Source: Eledone cirrhosa (taxonomy: Eukaryota). From it: a DNA stretch of 64,000 nucleotides. The DNA lies in the NCBI GenBank assembly GCA_964016885.1, contig OZ024741.1, forward strand, positions 62,868,001 to 62,932,000, given 5' to 3'. Every line of letters starts with the position of its first letter. Position 1 is the first letter of the stretch. The notes beneath the pieces were generated by a model. That model was not told the origin of the DNA. It saw only the letters and a list, made by a program, of their open reading frames with translations, and searched no databases. The position numbers and the translations under genes were made by a program. Positions 1 through 14,500 of this stretch are shown piece by piece.

Positions 1-207
<207 letters not shown>

Positions 208-509
208 AAGAAATATTGGAGAAAGAGGTAGAGATAAGAAATAGGAAAGAGAGAGAGGAGGGAGAATGGAAAGGAAAACGAAAAGGAGAAAATGTATTTT
301 ATTAGAAATCTACTTCACATGTTCTCGAAATGCTTTGTAGGAATTAAACTTTTTAAAATATATATAATTCCCAAAGCTGAATGTTCAATGATACTAAATT
401 ATCCATGTGGCACACACTATTGAGTTTTAAAGAAATATTTCAAGCAGCTTTCTCCAACAATATTTATGGAGGTCACAGAAAGGAAATATTTATCAACATA
501 TATTGTAAT

Positions 510-533
510 ATACACACACATATATATATAGTG

Positions 534-566
<33 letters not shown>

Positions 567-581
567 ATATATATATATATA

Positions 582-618
<37 letters not shown>

Positions 619-636
619 GTATATATATATATATAC

Positions 637-710
<74 letters not shown>

Positions 711-736
711 GTATGTATGTATATATATATATATAC

Positions 737-779
<43 letters not shown>

Positions 780-870
780 CGTATATATATATATACATAT
801 ATATGTATGTATATATATATATACGTATATATATATATACTATATATACATATATATATATATATATATG
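510..870. repeat. (TA)n microsatellite with TATG/TACG interruptions
   Basis: Direct reading. Confidence 0.95.
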
Positions 871-2299
871 CATAAAGACAATAAAGTGATAAACATATAT
901 GATGGTGCTGGTAAACACAGATGGCAATAGCTACTATCACGTGCTATAGAAGTTGCGGTTATTTGTATTAATAGTAGAATACAGTAGTTTCATAGACATA
1001 AACAATTTAACTCATTCAGATGATTGTATATAGCTAATGAGAAAATGGGTGGCTAGAGATAGTTGTTTGCAGCAGTGGTCTGTGCATCTTATGTAGTTTT
1101 GAGGTTCAGATTTTGTCCTATTTTGTTATGTAGCTGTAGATTTAATGCGACCATTCTTTTTGTGGGTGATGGTTGTTCCCCCTGCACATGCACTTAGGTA
1201 AGCTGGAGTAAAGATGGGTTTTGCGAAAAGCTCATGGCCTGTGACTTGATGATCATTAACAACACGTTTTGCCGCCGACAATAAGTGTTATATAGGTTTA
1301 CCTATTCATGGATATCTCAGTGTGCTGGAATATATGCAGTCCCTTGCGCATGCAGAGTTGAAACTTGTGTCTCCCGAGGATGCCCAGTCAAGAATACTCG
1401 AAAGAAGGTTGGAGATTGTATCCCCTTGGTCTCGCAGCTTCTAGATAAACCGTATAGATAGCTTGAATTTCCCTTGCTCTTACATTCGATCTCATCGGCA
1501 ATTAGGCGTATATAGTTCCACAGGATATCAAATGGTTGAGTGAGCGTTGAAAGACGGGATCCTGCAGAGAAGTAGTAGGGATTTGGCAGTTGTACGTTGG
1601 TGCCAGTAGCAGCATCAGTATAGTTGTATGTTTTCCTCGGCTGTGGCATGCGATACTGTAAGCGATACTATCTATGCCTGGGGAACTAAACTTAACGTTA
1701 TGTGAATTAAAGTTTACCGTATGTGTCGTTTAATTAAGAACAATTTATAACTATATTTCTACAGAGGTCTAGATAGAATAGAGGATTAAATAAAATTATG
1801 TTTCTTCTCTTCTTATTCTTCTCCTATTTATTCCTGGGAGGATCGTGGGGAATAGTCTTCAAGCGGGCCCAGTCAGAAGCAACAGTCTCCACTTGAACCG
1901 GCTGCAAAACCAACCGAGCTCATCGGTGTTATCCAATCGTCCTGCTCGGAGTTGGGGATCCACCAGGAATTTTAATAACTAAAGATTTTTCTAAGGCTTT
2001 CGAATATCTAAATCAATCTATTTTTTAACTATTTTGTACAATGAGATCCTTGTCACCGAATATAATTGCTATGTCATTACTTTTGAGGTCAACACACATA
2101 TTTCGTTTATTAGTTCGTAATTTATTTACAAAATTAAACCCAGTTTCAACCATGACGCTGGAAAGCAAACAGCTATTTTGACAATTTTAGTCAATAACCT
2201 TGGTAATAGTGTCTTATAATTTATTAATGACGAAGTGATAAAGTAAGAAAGAGAGAACTCTTTCTTACTTTATCACTTCTAGTTGCCATTGCATCCTTT

Positions 2300-3450
2300 A
2301 CTTAATTTTATTTGAATTTTTTGTTCAGCTTAACCGACATTGCAATCAAATTTCTCTCTTTTTTTTACTTCAAAGAAAATTTATAAGAAAAGCGTTTGTT
2401 ACTGTCAGTTTTTAGCGTTAATAAGGATCCAGATTATGTTCCATGATTCATTATATGCTAAGAAGGAATTTCTGCCAGCTTTAACGTGTATTGAAATATT
2501 TAGCAAAGTAAATTTGCATAATAATACTTTAATATGTTAATATTATCTTCTATAAAACTTTTGAAACTAATCAATATAATGGATTTTCTTTCAAGGTAAA
2601 ATGATGTCTCATTAAGTTTTCAAAATAGTGAAGCTACATCGTATATATTTCGTTTTATTTCTTTGGCAATATCTTCACCAATTTTGCTTCCATAAACTTA
2701 ATTATGGAATGAAAACGTCATATAAATCTTGCTAAGTGATTTCTGTTTGAGAGCCAGCTGAATTCCGTATGTAAATGGAGTCTTACGAGCTGTTTATAAT
2801 GATCAAAAGAAGACTTCTTTTATAGGCGATTATATTTTGTACCTGGTTTTATTTTATTGATTACTTTAGAGAACTACACTAAATGGATAATGTAAAATTG
2901 GACACAAGTTTTGTTTTCTACTAGGGCATGAACAATGTAATGTATTCCAAAGATTCCAGATATATTTTGTCAAATGTGACTCTCGATCATTATAGAACCA
3001 TAAGTTACAATGGATATCAAATTTTCTAATGGACATTTAATTTCATTAAAGCTGAATTTCAAAGCAAGGCAAATATTTCTCCCACTATATATTTCACATA
3101 TAAACCATTTTTCAATTCACATTCATCAGTAAAACAATTTACATACGCCAGCCATAGGAAGAGTTTTATAATTGTCAATTGTGGACTCATAAATCTGAAC
3201 AGAGAATTTAGTTTGATCTTTTATCTATTCACAGACAGTTAATCAATTCCACTACAAATTGAATAGTTTCTTAATAGTAAACTTGTTATGATACGTAAAT
3301 GATCTTCATCCAGCAAATTTGAAATAATAGTTTCTAATATAAGCTTTATGACCTTCTCAGTAATTCTATGGCTACAGCAATTTAAAAAAGAAATTGCCAC
3401 CCGTATACTACAATATTGACTTCATCCTTTTGGTTTTACAAAATGTGTAA
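2300..3450 (-). pseudogene. Heavily degraded hAT (Buster-family) transposase remnant
   Basis: Hand translation of minus strand gives SVQIYEST (cf. SIQLDEST), PLENLISIVTYGS (cf. xxxTDGA), IFGIHYIVH (cf. IHCxxH), KLNETSFYL; many stops and frameshifts. Confidence 0.45.
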
Positions 3451-4914
3451 ATTACATAAACTAATCAAAATTGATATTAATTTTTAAAAGCTAGTCGCCA
3501 TTTATATTATCATTATCAAAATGCTTTCCTTTTAAACGATCAAAACGTCTAAAATATTTAAAGCTTCATCCGAAAGACATATCTTTTATTGGGCCGGGAC
3601 GAGAAAGCTTTCTGTGAAACCTTAGATAGTTATTCCCCATGGTACTGCCAACATGTTTTCTATGCTCAACTTGATATTACTAAGGAGTCAGGCGAATTAT
3701 ACATTATTCTTCTTCTCCGCCCACTTATTCCTGAGAGGGTGGGGGGTGGGGGGGGGGGGGGGCAGGATCAGGAGCAAGCGCCTCCAGTTTATCTGTCTGG
3801 CTGAATCCCCAAGCGTGACCAATCGAGCTCAGGGATGTTATCCAACCATCTTGCTTGGGGTCTACACTAGGTTCTCCTGCCGGTAGGTTTTGCCCTAAAA
3901 TATGTCCAACGAATCTTTCCTGAGACATTCAAACCACATGTCCGTAATATTGGGGGCGCGATCGTAGAAGTAGCAGCTCTACCAGGAGTGACTCTCTGAT
4001 CTTCGAGCTATGCACTGTATCGAGTAACATTACTCCAAAGACTCTTCGGAGGATTCCCATTTCGGCCGCTTGTATTTGTGACCGTATTCTTTCTGGCATT
4101 ACTCAAGAATAATAGGTAAAGGTTTGCACGAATATCGAATTGAAGACAGCGAGTTTGGCTTTTACACCGACTTCCCTTCTGATTTCTGAATGCTGAAGCT
4201 GGCCCATTACTGCCCCAGATCTTCCATTATACATTTACAATAGAAATAGAAAACGATAGATAATTTCTATATTTTAAATTTGAAAGAGACTTAGAAATAT
4301 AGTAAGATTCGACGTGGATTTGTGACACAAAACCTCAAATACACAAGTTTTGTTATTTTAACTCAATCTTCGACTAGAACTATGAAAGTGTAATAGACTT
4401 CATAATTTTTTCAATTTTCTTATGAATCTACATATAGAAGATGTTCTATCATCACAATGGTGTGAATAGTCTGACAAATTTTATAATTAAGAAGAGAATC
4501 CCATCATTTTGGTACCCAAAAGCACTAAAATTATATTAAATATAAGCTTATCAAATTAATCCTCGTAGTAGTAAAAACGTTGTTTTTAGATAAAGTAACC
4601 TCATTTTCGAGACGGAGGCCAATATTGCAAAGGTTGTAAAAAGAAATACAAGTGATGGCGTTCATTATTTGTAAATTTGTATCATATGGAAAGTGAACAT
4701 ACGGACTGTATTTTATTCTTAAAAAACACTATACCAACATAGAATTAAGTAATTCTAATTGTGGGAACGAAATCATTGCCTTTGTATTCGAAACAACAGA
4801 AACATACGAAAATTAAGAAGTAGAAGAACCCTTAAAGAAAAAACAATGATAAATAATGATTTAGAATTTAGACTCACGGATAAAAATTTGTGGCGAGGAA
4901 AACGTCGATGATAT

Positions 4915-5052
4915 CGACCTCACTATGTAACAGGTATAAATCAAGGAATGATGAAAGGCAAAGTTCACTTCTGTGGTATTTGAACTCAGAAATAAATTAC
5001 CGGAACTAAAAACCACGAAACATTTTATCCGACTCTAGTGATTTTGCCAATC
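4915..5052 (-). mobile_element. Diverged tRNA-derived Nin-domain SINE
   Basis: GATGAAAGGCAAAGTT...ATTTGAACTCAGA motif shared with other copies in the window. Confidence 0.6.
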
Positions 5053-5829
5053 TAGAACACGGTTCAATAATATCCACACTCATGCTGGTCGTTATATGCA
5101 TAACTGTTACTAAACGCTATACACCGCACTTCCCATTCTTTAATCTGTTTATGTCATGAACATCATGCAATTCGAAAGGAATTTAATTAGCTTAATATAT
5201 TTTCCCTGACATTATTTGAAAATTCCCTCCTCTTTCTCTCTTAATAATTGTGTTTTCATACTGGGAGGGAGCATACTCATTGAATAATATTGTTAGGTTA
5301 TCATAACGAGGCATTAGTGAATTTAAATTAAGTCGTTTTACGTTGTGTAATTGACAGAGCCACGGAGATCATAATAGTAAATTATAACAAAGAATCATTA
5401 GTTAATTAAATCATATCGTGCGTAACCAGTAGAGATCATATCGTTAGGGAATTTGAACGAGCGTCAATGCACTGCGCTGGATTTCTCAGAATGATTGAAA
5501 TATATTCTTACTGAGACAATATTTTTTTTCAATAGCAAACTTTTAAAATTTCACTTGGTTAAAATATTAACTAGCACCGGATGGGCAAAACTGTTATTTA
5601 ACTGTTTACTATGGTATATGGCTTAGCTGGGAGGGAAAAGACGACGCCAATTACATTTATCGAGGACCTCTGAAACTGGTGACAGAAAAAGAGGAAGAAT
5701 TTACGGGTCATCGATTGCAGAAGTAGGGAGCAGTACATGGTGAAATCAAGTTAGTTTCTGAGCGAAGATCCGGTTTAAATGTTCGCTATAGAGTACTACT
5801 TTGACGCTAAACTCCGCTAGTTGCAGACT

Positions 5830-6560
5830 GCGCATCATCATGAGATATTCATCTCCACAAAGTTCGATCACCAACAGCAACGTCTAAAGAGCAAAGATCA
5901 AGTCCACTCCATAGGTTGACATTATCAAGCCATCGTTTTGGCTGCCAGCCTCTGCTTCTCTTACCAGCAATCCTTCCTTCCAGCCATAACCTACTCACAC
6001 TACGTGTTGATCTTTTTATATGATCGTATAGTTAGAGTACTTTTGACTTGAAAATTGATGTAATTGGTCTAAGTTTGTTAATGTTGAGCAGATCTCTGAT
6101 ACAGATACTGTTACTGAGCCGCTTGCCAGTTATAAAGTTCCATGAACGTAACTGGTAGGATGTAAGTATCGAAGATCTTAGCCTTCAAATGATAGGAAAC
6201 TCGTTTTGCTGTTAGTATTTCATTGTTGTTGTTGAAAGCTGCCCAACCTAGAGCGATGCGATATTGCGCAACAACCATTCCACCATTGTTGTTTGATGAT
6301 AGTTTGTGACCGAGATATACAAACTCTGTAACTTGAGCAATTTGCTGGTTGTAGATTGTGAGTTGGAGATTGGCATTGTTTTTATCAGTTGTCATACACT
6401 TTGTTTTGAAGATGTTGATGCGCAAGCCAGCCTCCAACGAATGTTTGGCTAGTACATTCAGAAAGTCTTGCAGATCAATGCTAGAGTAATTCAGGATGGC
6501 CAGATCGTCTGCATAGCTAAGATTTGATAGGATTTTACCTCCTATTTGATAGAGTGAACG
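5830..6560 (-). mobile_element. RTE-type non-LTR retrotransposon RT fragment
   Basis: LSNLSYADDLAI upstream of ORF 6111-6437 (GLRINIFKTKCM, VTEFVYLG, RIALGWAAF). Confidence 0.75.
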
Positions 6561-7629
6561 TTCCTAAATGCACAATATGGCCAGACCCCTGTTAATTCTA
6601 CTATTAAAACCATGTATATTCTCTCACACAATGTGAGACTACATAATCTTCCTCACAAGTCCAGGGTTAACCATTAACTATGATACAAATTTCCACGCTG
6701 CTGCATACCAGGAACAAACCGAAAACTACGTAATTAGGAAGCGTACTTCTTGTCTGTGTTCATTTGAATGCTGTTTACTCTTCTTTTATTACTGATTTTC
6801 TCTCTTGGATATTAAGTGACCCGATGAATTAGTTGCCATAAGCATATCAGAAATAAAGAAACCTCTATCACAGCATTATTAGAAATTGTACTCTCATACA
6901 CCAACGAGACATGAATATCATTAATACATCCTTGCATAATATTATTGAAGAACATTTCTGAAGTAGGCTCTAACATAAAAGATAATATCCTATTTGTTCG
7001 TGTAATCTTATAGTTTTATATGCTTTGTATTTGAAGTGCTACAGTTTTATCCCCACACATAGCAGTTGAACCCATGAGCTAGGAAGAAAGCATAATGAAG
7101 TGCTTGAAATTGATGTCAATGCAAGATTTAATAGCGAATTTATTTCCCCTTTCATTGATGTTCCAGGTAATGTGAATTTCACGAGTGTAATGAAGCATTA
7201 TTGTTCATAGAAATATCATGTTAGTGTGAGTTAATAATCCCCCATGATATTTATTTGTAAAAGCTTTGCTTTCAGATTGAGTTTGTTCTTGATACCGAAC
7301 AAAAAACTACACTTCAGAATAAAGTTATTTTTTTATTGATTTGTGAGAACGAAGTTCCAGGAAGTGTGGTAGAAAAATAATCTTAGCCTAGTTACATCAT
7401 TATATATCAAATATATTATATATCATTATATACCAGAATATATCAAGATGGAGCATCACCCGCTTGAAAGACAATATCTACAAATTGTGGATGGATATAT
7501 AGGATTTAATTACTTGGTATACGCAATCGCCGGATCGTGCTGGATCAATGTCTTGTGAGTGAAATCAGTTTCAGGGAAACGTTATGGTAACCTATATATA
7601 AGCACAGAGGTATTAACAACTTAGTCCGA

Positions 7630-8765
7630 GAGTTTTTGTATGCAGATGACTGCGATCTTTTTCCACACTCAGAAAGTGACATGCAGCATATTATGAAATC
7701 TGTCTTCGGGCTTCACAATAAGTTTGGAAAAGAGTGTTGTAGTGTACCAGCCAGCACCTGGGAAAGAATACACTACATCGTGTACGGAAAGAAGCTAAAA
7801 GTTGTTGACAAGTTTGTTTACCTTGGTAGTACGTTGAACAATTCATGCACACTTGACGATGAAATATCCTTAAGAATCAAGAAAGCCAGTGATGATTTTG
7901 GACGACTGAATGAAGGTTTATGGCCCAAACGAGGTATCACCATTGAAACCAAGGTAAAAGTGTATCTGACTTATGTCGTCTCCCCTTTGATTTATGCTTG
8001 TGAAACGTGGGTCACATACAGAAAGCACTTCAAGGAACTGGAGAGGTTTCACCAACAATCTCTTCGTAAGATACACGGAGTGCGATGCTCGTCAGTGATT
8101 TGGAAGTTCTCGAACGGAGCCGGTGTATGAGGATTGAGAGCATGATCTTTCGTCATCGGTTAAGGTGGTGCGGTCACGTGGTCCGGATGTCTGATTATCG
8201 TATTCCAAAGCAACTTCTCTACGGTGAACTGGCGAAGGAAGGCAACCACCACACAAACCAAAAATGCGGTTCTAAGCTTGTGCTGGAATTTCATCTGATG
8301 AATTGGAGAATATGGCTGTGGAGCGTTTGAAGTGGAGACGTTTGATCAAGTCAGGAAGTAAACACTTTCAAACTTGTCGAAGAGAACACCTAACATTGAA
8401 AAGGAAGGTAAGGAAAAGAGACTGTTCTGAACTGCCAGCTGTTGAGCAACATGGTTTGCCATCACTCTAGTCGAGTCTGCCAGGGCAAAGCTGGTTTGAT
8501 CATACATGAACAAAGTCATATCAGTAGACCTCATGTAGATTATGATCTGGAAAATTATAGGGAATGTGCAATCATGGGAGGTCTTAAAAGACATATGAGA
8601 TCAGACAATCAGAACCAAGCAGTGGAAAGTCTCAGAAAAGTCTGCAGTTGCATGTGTGTGCCAGAGGGTGCAAGATTTTGGCTGGTTTAAAGAGCGACAT
8701 TCGTACCTCACATTTTTGAGCATTTTATCAGTCGATGAGAGTGCTCGAACTCGAGTTTGCGGCCA
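7630..8765 (+). mobile_element. RTE LINE 3' fragment (RT C-terminus plus degenerate C2H2-like tail)
   Basis: YADDC, VVDKFVYLGS, RLRWCGHVVRM..RIPKQLLYGEL in ORFs 7636-8130 and 8085-8330; frameshifted. Confidence 0.85.
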
Positions 8766-8943
8766 TCATATATATAAATATATAATACTCATCGAGCCCT
8801 CTTCAGATTTTGGTCATCATAATTATTATTATCTATATATATAATTGCATATAGAGACACACGCAGACACGCACACATATACACACACAGGCACACAGCG
8901 ACACACACACACACATGTACACATACATACATACCTATATATA

Positions 8944-9028
<85 letters not shown>

Positions 9029-9029
<1 letters not shown>

Positions 9030-9170
9030 ACGAAGGAAATGTGGTAAGGAACCAGGTGGACCATAACGCACCAAAGTACTCAATACTTAGGGTAGTAGAG
9101 TGGGTAATAGGAACAGTCCGGAATTAGCCGTCGAAACGGCTTGAGTTCAGCCGTCGGGGTCTTACTTGTT

Positions 9171-9173
<3 letters not shown>
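9029..9173. mobile_element. Short TA-flanked PLE-like tail stub with inverted junction and the 3' half of a hammerhead
   Basis: Same sequence at 11200-11327 and 11371-11531; contains GAAA-CGGCT-loop-AGCCG-TC. Confidence 0.6.
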
Positions 9174-9259
<86 letters not shown>

Positions 9260-9384
9260 TCTGAGTTTTTCGAATATTAATAATAATATTCGATTCGTTT
9301 GCAATTATGCAAACAGCCTCTTTTTTAAAGCCATGTCAGTAACATGAGCCCTTCGTACTAACTGTTGTGTCGACATGTAAATAT

Positions 9385-9433
9385 AACTGCAGACACTAGT
9401 GTTTCTGGGTGATTACCCTTCATCAGTGCAGTT
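9385..9433 (-). ncRNA. Type I minimal hammerhead ribozyme
   Basis: Minus strand AACTGCA-CTGATGA-aGGGT aatc ACCCa-GAAA-CACTAGTG-TC-TGCAGTT: 7-bp stem I, intact core, palindromic stem III, GUC site. Confidence 0.85.
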
Positions 9434-9834
9434 TACTGTTCAACTGCCAATTATCAGAGCTAGTAAAAATATGTGATATTTTCTAAAATATACAGTGACT
9501 GATCGGCCTGATGTGTATATTAGCAGACTGGCTGATCATTCAGATCTGCATATTAGCAGATCCACTTATTAGCCAGATTTGCATATCAGCAGAGAGGCCA
9601 GTCAGGTTCATGTATACGAGTGATTAATGGTCGGCTTTGCCACATTCAAATAAACTTTTTAAGAGTTATCGCTCTACATTGCTGAATACAATAAATGTAA
9701 TCTGCGGTTTTCGAATATTAATAATAATATTCGAGCAAGAACGAGGGGCTCATTCTACTGACATGGCTTAAAAGAGGCTTGCATAATTGCACACAAATCG
9801 AATATTATTATCAATATCATTAATATCAATATAG

Positions 9835-10440
9835 CTTGCAGGTTGTATTTCGCCAGGCATCGTGATACAGTCAACCTGGAGATACTGATGCTCATAGAGT
9901 CGTTTACTTCTCGGGAAGGCTCTGCTGGCGTCTTGAAACGCTCATTTTTCTACAGTGAGGACAATGGCTTCATCCTCCCTCTTCGAGGTGTTTCTTGGCT
10001 TACCCATCGAGATTCAGCTTCTTCATGAGCCTATGGTATCGTATCTTTTTAGGATATGATATACGACACTTTTGGAGCGCTAAACTCATTCAGCTATAGC
10101 TCTGATGGAGAAACGATCTTCCTGATAAAACTTTACAATTGCTTTCCGGATAGAACCAGGTGTTGCAAGTCCCCGAGGCATGCTGTGTGAATGCACACAC
10201 ATCGCACGTGATGGATCAGCTGATCAATAACCAATCAAACACGCACCTACATCAGTAATGCAATAAGTTCGAACAATGTCCGAATCAATTTAACCACCTC
10301 ATTTATCGAATGAAAATATTCTTGCGTTTCTATGATCCTATTATTTTAGCTATATTTAGGAAATATCTATACTTTACCGTATGTCAATTTTGCTCGTCCA
10401 TTTCGAATTTTTTACCTGTTGCCAATATTACAATATAAAT
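9835..10440 (-). mobile_element. Tc1/mariner transposase 5' fragment
   Basis: Minus strand GKPRNTSKREDEAIV...ISRLTVSRCLAKYNL resembles the Tc1 GRPR/HTH region; interrupted. Confidence 0.55.
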
Positions 10441-10469
10441 ATATATTAATTCATACATACATACATACA

Positions 10470-10965
10470 TGACGATGGCTGCAAATCGATTTCGAATAAT
10501 GCCATCGCTTGATATTTAAGCTCGAGCATCTTGGACGTAGCTTTTTAGTCCTGCTAGGGACTTGTCTATGGCCAGCAATGCCATGCATCGCAACAGAATG
10601 TCACATATCAAACGATGTCTGCGCGTGAAGCTTTTTTAAGTGAAGAAAGGGTTTGCACGGGACAATCTCACTCGCTAAACTTCGAATGCATTTGCCCATA
10701 ACGAAGAATTGTTCTACATCATTGAAAGCAAAAGAAGTCGCAGGTTTTATACAGAGTGACCTTCTCCTAGAGAGATGTCTTAATGAAGACTAAGAGTCTC
10801 TCGCTCTACAAAAACACGATACTGTTTTGTATGGCCCTTTGACGGGTTTTGTTTTCATCCCGCAGGGTGTCCAAAATCACCCTCAAGCTTGGTGGGGTCG
10901 CCGGTTTAGTTGCCGACAACTGGACCTAGCACAGGTTGTAATGAGTTACATGTTACCAGTAGCGC
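10470..10965 (-). mobile_element. Diverged non-autonomous RTE-derived element
   Basis: Similar to both ends of the 28249-28840 family; (TACA)n at its 3' end. Confidence 0.55.
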
Positions 10966-11062
10966 TGAACAGTTGCAGCTCGTGGATTCGTGGGAAATTT
11001 TCTCTTATTTGTAAATAGTCATTACGACTATCGTCTTGTCCTTTGTCCATTTGTTCCTCACG

Positions 11063-11204
<142 letters not shown>

Positions 11205-11323
11205 GAAGGAGTTGTGGTAAGGAACCAGATGGACCATAACGCACCAGAGTACTCAATACTTGGGGTAGTAGAGTGAGTAATAGGAGAAAGTATGACCCCG
11301 ACGGCAGAGCTCAAGCCGTTTCT

Positions 11324-11372
<49 letters not shown>

Positions 11373-11533
11373 CGAAGGAAATGTGGTAAGGAACCAGGTG
11401 GACCATAACGCACCAAAGTACTCAATACTTAGGGTAGTAGAGTGGGTAATAGGTACAAGTAAGACCCCGACGACTGAGCTCAAGCCGTCGAAACGTCTTG
11501 AGCTCAGCCGTCGGGGTCTTACTTGTTCCTATA

Positions 11534-11574
<41 letters not shown>

Positions 11575-11580
<6 letters not shown>

Positions 11581-14500
11581 GTGAGTTTTTTTTTACAAAA
11601 TGAAAAATAACCTAGGTGTCCTACACGAGTGGAAGTATAAAGAAAAAGGGATGAAATCGAAAATGCAACTGGAGTCTTATTTTTAAAAAAATATATATAT
11701 TTATTTGGTTCCTTTACCGGTTTCGCAGTTCTTCTGCTTTTCAAAAGTACAGTTGAGATGGAGGGTCTGTGGTTTTTCTCACATCTGGTTGGTCTCTGAA
11801 TGTTACTTGTTTTATATGGAAAAAATTGGCTCGAAATGCCAGGTTTTTAGAGAAGTAATTTGATTGGTTGAGCAATATATATAATAAATTTCGAGCCAGT
11901 TCGCGTTACAAAGTTCTTCAAACAAGGGGGGGGGGGACACAGGTTGTTTTTTCATATATGAGTGTTTGAATTTCTTTTTACTTAAAAAAAGGGGGCTCAC
12001 GAAGGCTTTATTTAAATAAACATAATTTGATTGGTTATAAATGAAATTATGGCTGTCACGTTAACAAGTTTTCATTAAATTTTCGCGCCCTTATTTGGAA
12101 ATATATTCTGTAGCCTTTTTAGAGAATTTTATGACAAGCAAAAGATAATGGTCAAGAGAAATTGGATGAGATAATTGTTCTGGTTCAGTGAATATGGTTA
12201 GTTCGCTGGGGTGTCAGAATTCAGATTTTCTATTGAATAAAGAAAGTAAAGATATGTATGTTTATTTGTGTGCTTGTGTGTCTGTGTGTGTGTGTGTGTT
12301 GGGAGATGATTCTATTAGTAGAAATGGGGGAGGGAGTTGTGTGTGTATATGGGTGTTATGTGTGTGTGGGAGTATGTTAAGATGGAGAGAATATATATAT
12401 TTTGTGTGTGTATATATGTGTGTAGGAAAGTGATTTTATTAGTAGAAATGGGAGAGGGAGTTGTGTGTGGGGGTGGGGGTTGTTATGTGTGTGTATGGAT
12501 GTTATGTGTGTGGGAGTATGGTTAGCATGTTAAAGATGAAGAGAATATATATATATTGTGTGTGTGTGTGTGTGTGTGTAGGAAAATGATTCCTTTAGTA
12601 GGAATATTTTTGAATGAACATATTTTCCTTATTCGTATTTGTTCTGTTGTATAGTCAGCGCAAACGTATGTTAAAATTTATTTAGTTCGGGTTTTTATTT
12701 TCTGAAGTAGCAGGTGTTATGTGTGTGAGTATGTGTCTGTTTGGATGGTTAGCATGTTATGGTGTTGATATAATGTATATTAAACCATATTTAATGCTGG
12801 TCTATATTTTTGAATAAACGTATTTTCCTTATTTATTCGTATTTGTTCTGTTGTAATGTTAGCGCAAACGTAAAATGGGAAGACTTGGTATTTGGGTGTC
12901 TTATTACTTGCGCATATGTCTAGATATGCGCTTAGTGGTATCTGTCTCGTAATTGTTGTCGATGAACTGTCATTCTGTTTCTGAGTGTGAGTTTAGTTTG
13001 TCCTATATAATCTTCATTGCATCCTTTACATTTAATGGCATAAATTAGATGTTTTGATGAGCAAGTGAAGTGATTTTTTACAGCAAAATTTTGTCCTGAT
13101 TTAAATGTATACGTGTTGCCTTCAATGAGGTGAGTGCAGGTTCCACAATTAGAGCGACCATACTTTTTGACAGTTGGTTGTGGGTTCATGGTAGGTAATT
13201 TGGCATTGGTGAGTAATGTTTTCAGTGATTTCGGTTGTCTTTTGATTATTTTGTGTTTCAAGGGCTTTTTTCATTCTTGGGTTTTGTTTTAGTAGTGGGA
13301 TGTTCTTGTGAATAGTGTTATAAGCTTCCGCATTTCTTGGGTTGTGTGTTGAGATATATGATAGACTATTGGACGTACCTTGAATTTGTTTCTCTTTTCG
13401 TAATTCATCAATTCCTATTGCTTTAGCCCTTTCTATTCCATTATTTATTAGTAATGGTGGGTACTATCTTTCGAGTAGAATTTCCTTTAATTCTTGACGT
13501 ATTTTATTTCGCGTTTCACAATTGGAGACAATTGTGCAAATTCTTCTTGCTAGGTTAAAAGGAATGTTCGTCTTCGTGTGCTTTGGATGGTTGGAGGTGA
13601 ATAGCAGGTATTGTTTGGAATCTGTTGGTTTGTAGTGTATGTCACTTTCAATATTTGTGTCTTTTTTTAAGATTAAGATGTCCAGAAATGGGAGTTGATC
13701 TTGGCTGTATTCCATTGTGAATTGGATGTGGTTATTGATGCTGTTTATTAAGTTATTGAAATCCTTCAGTTGGTCGAGTGTGAGGGACCAAAGAATGAGA
13801 CAATCATCCAAGTAGCGTTTCCAATTCTCTGATAAATATTTGTGGAAGTTCAAACCGTATTTTGATTTGGACTGTCATATATCTGGACTTCTAAGTATGC
13901 CATGACTAAGTTAGCATAAGTTGGAGCGGCTTTTGTACCCATCGCAGTCCCCGATATTTGCTTGTAAGTACTGCCATCGAAATCAAAAAAGTTGTTCTGT
14001 AAGATGAATTTTAATCCCTCGGTGATGAAGCTTTTTTCTATTCTGCCAGGTATCTCATTGGGATATTTCTCTAGCCAGAATCCTATTGCTTCTAGTCCGT
14101 ATTGGTGTGGGATCGTTGTGTAGAGATTCACTACATCGAAAGACACAATATTAGTGTCGTTGTTGACATGTTTGGGGAGGTGGTTTAAGAGGTCCAGATC
14201 ATCTCTTACAAGGCTTGGTATGTGTTTGAGAATTGGTTTTAGTAGTATGTCTATAAAGTTGCTCAGTCTGTGTGTTTCAGATTGTGGGCCCGCTACAATT
14301 GGTCTTAATTTAAGGTCTGAGGGGTATTGTGTGTTCACGCAGGCTGAGGTGGAATGTTTACAGGCATAGTTAATTATTTTACACTTGTGGATCTTCGGAA
14401 GTCCGTAAAGGTTGCTGGTTTTGTATTCAAAATGTGTTAAATAATCGCGTTCCTTTTTTAGTTAGGTCTTCCTGGTATCGATAAATCAGTGTGTTTAATC

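Noticed and set aside
900-1650. ORF 1317-1649 and adjacent sequence faintly resembling a decayed retroelement
   Set aside because: No motif I could assign with confidence
8785-8812. CTGAAGA followed by a small hairpin on the minus strand
   Set aside because: No GAAA or stem III; too incomplete to call a hammerhead
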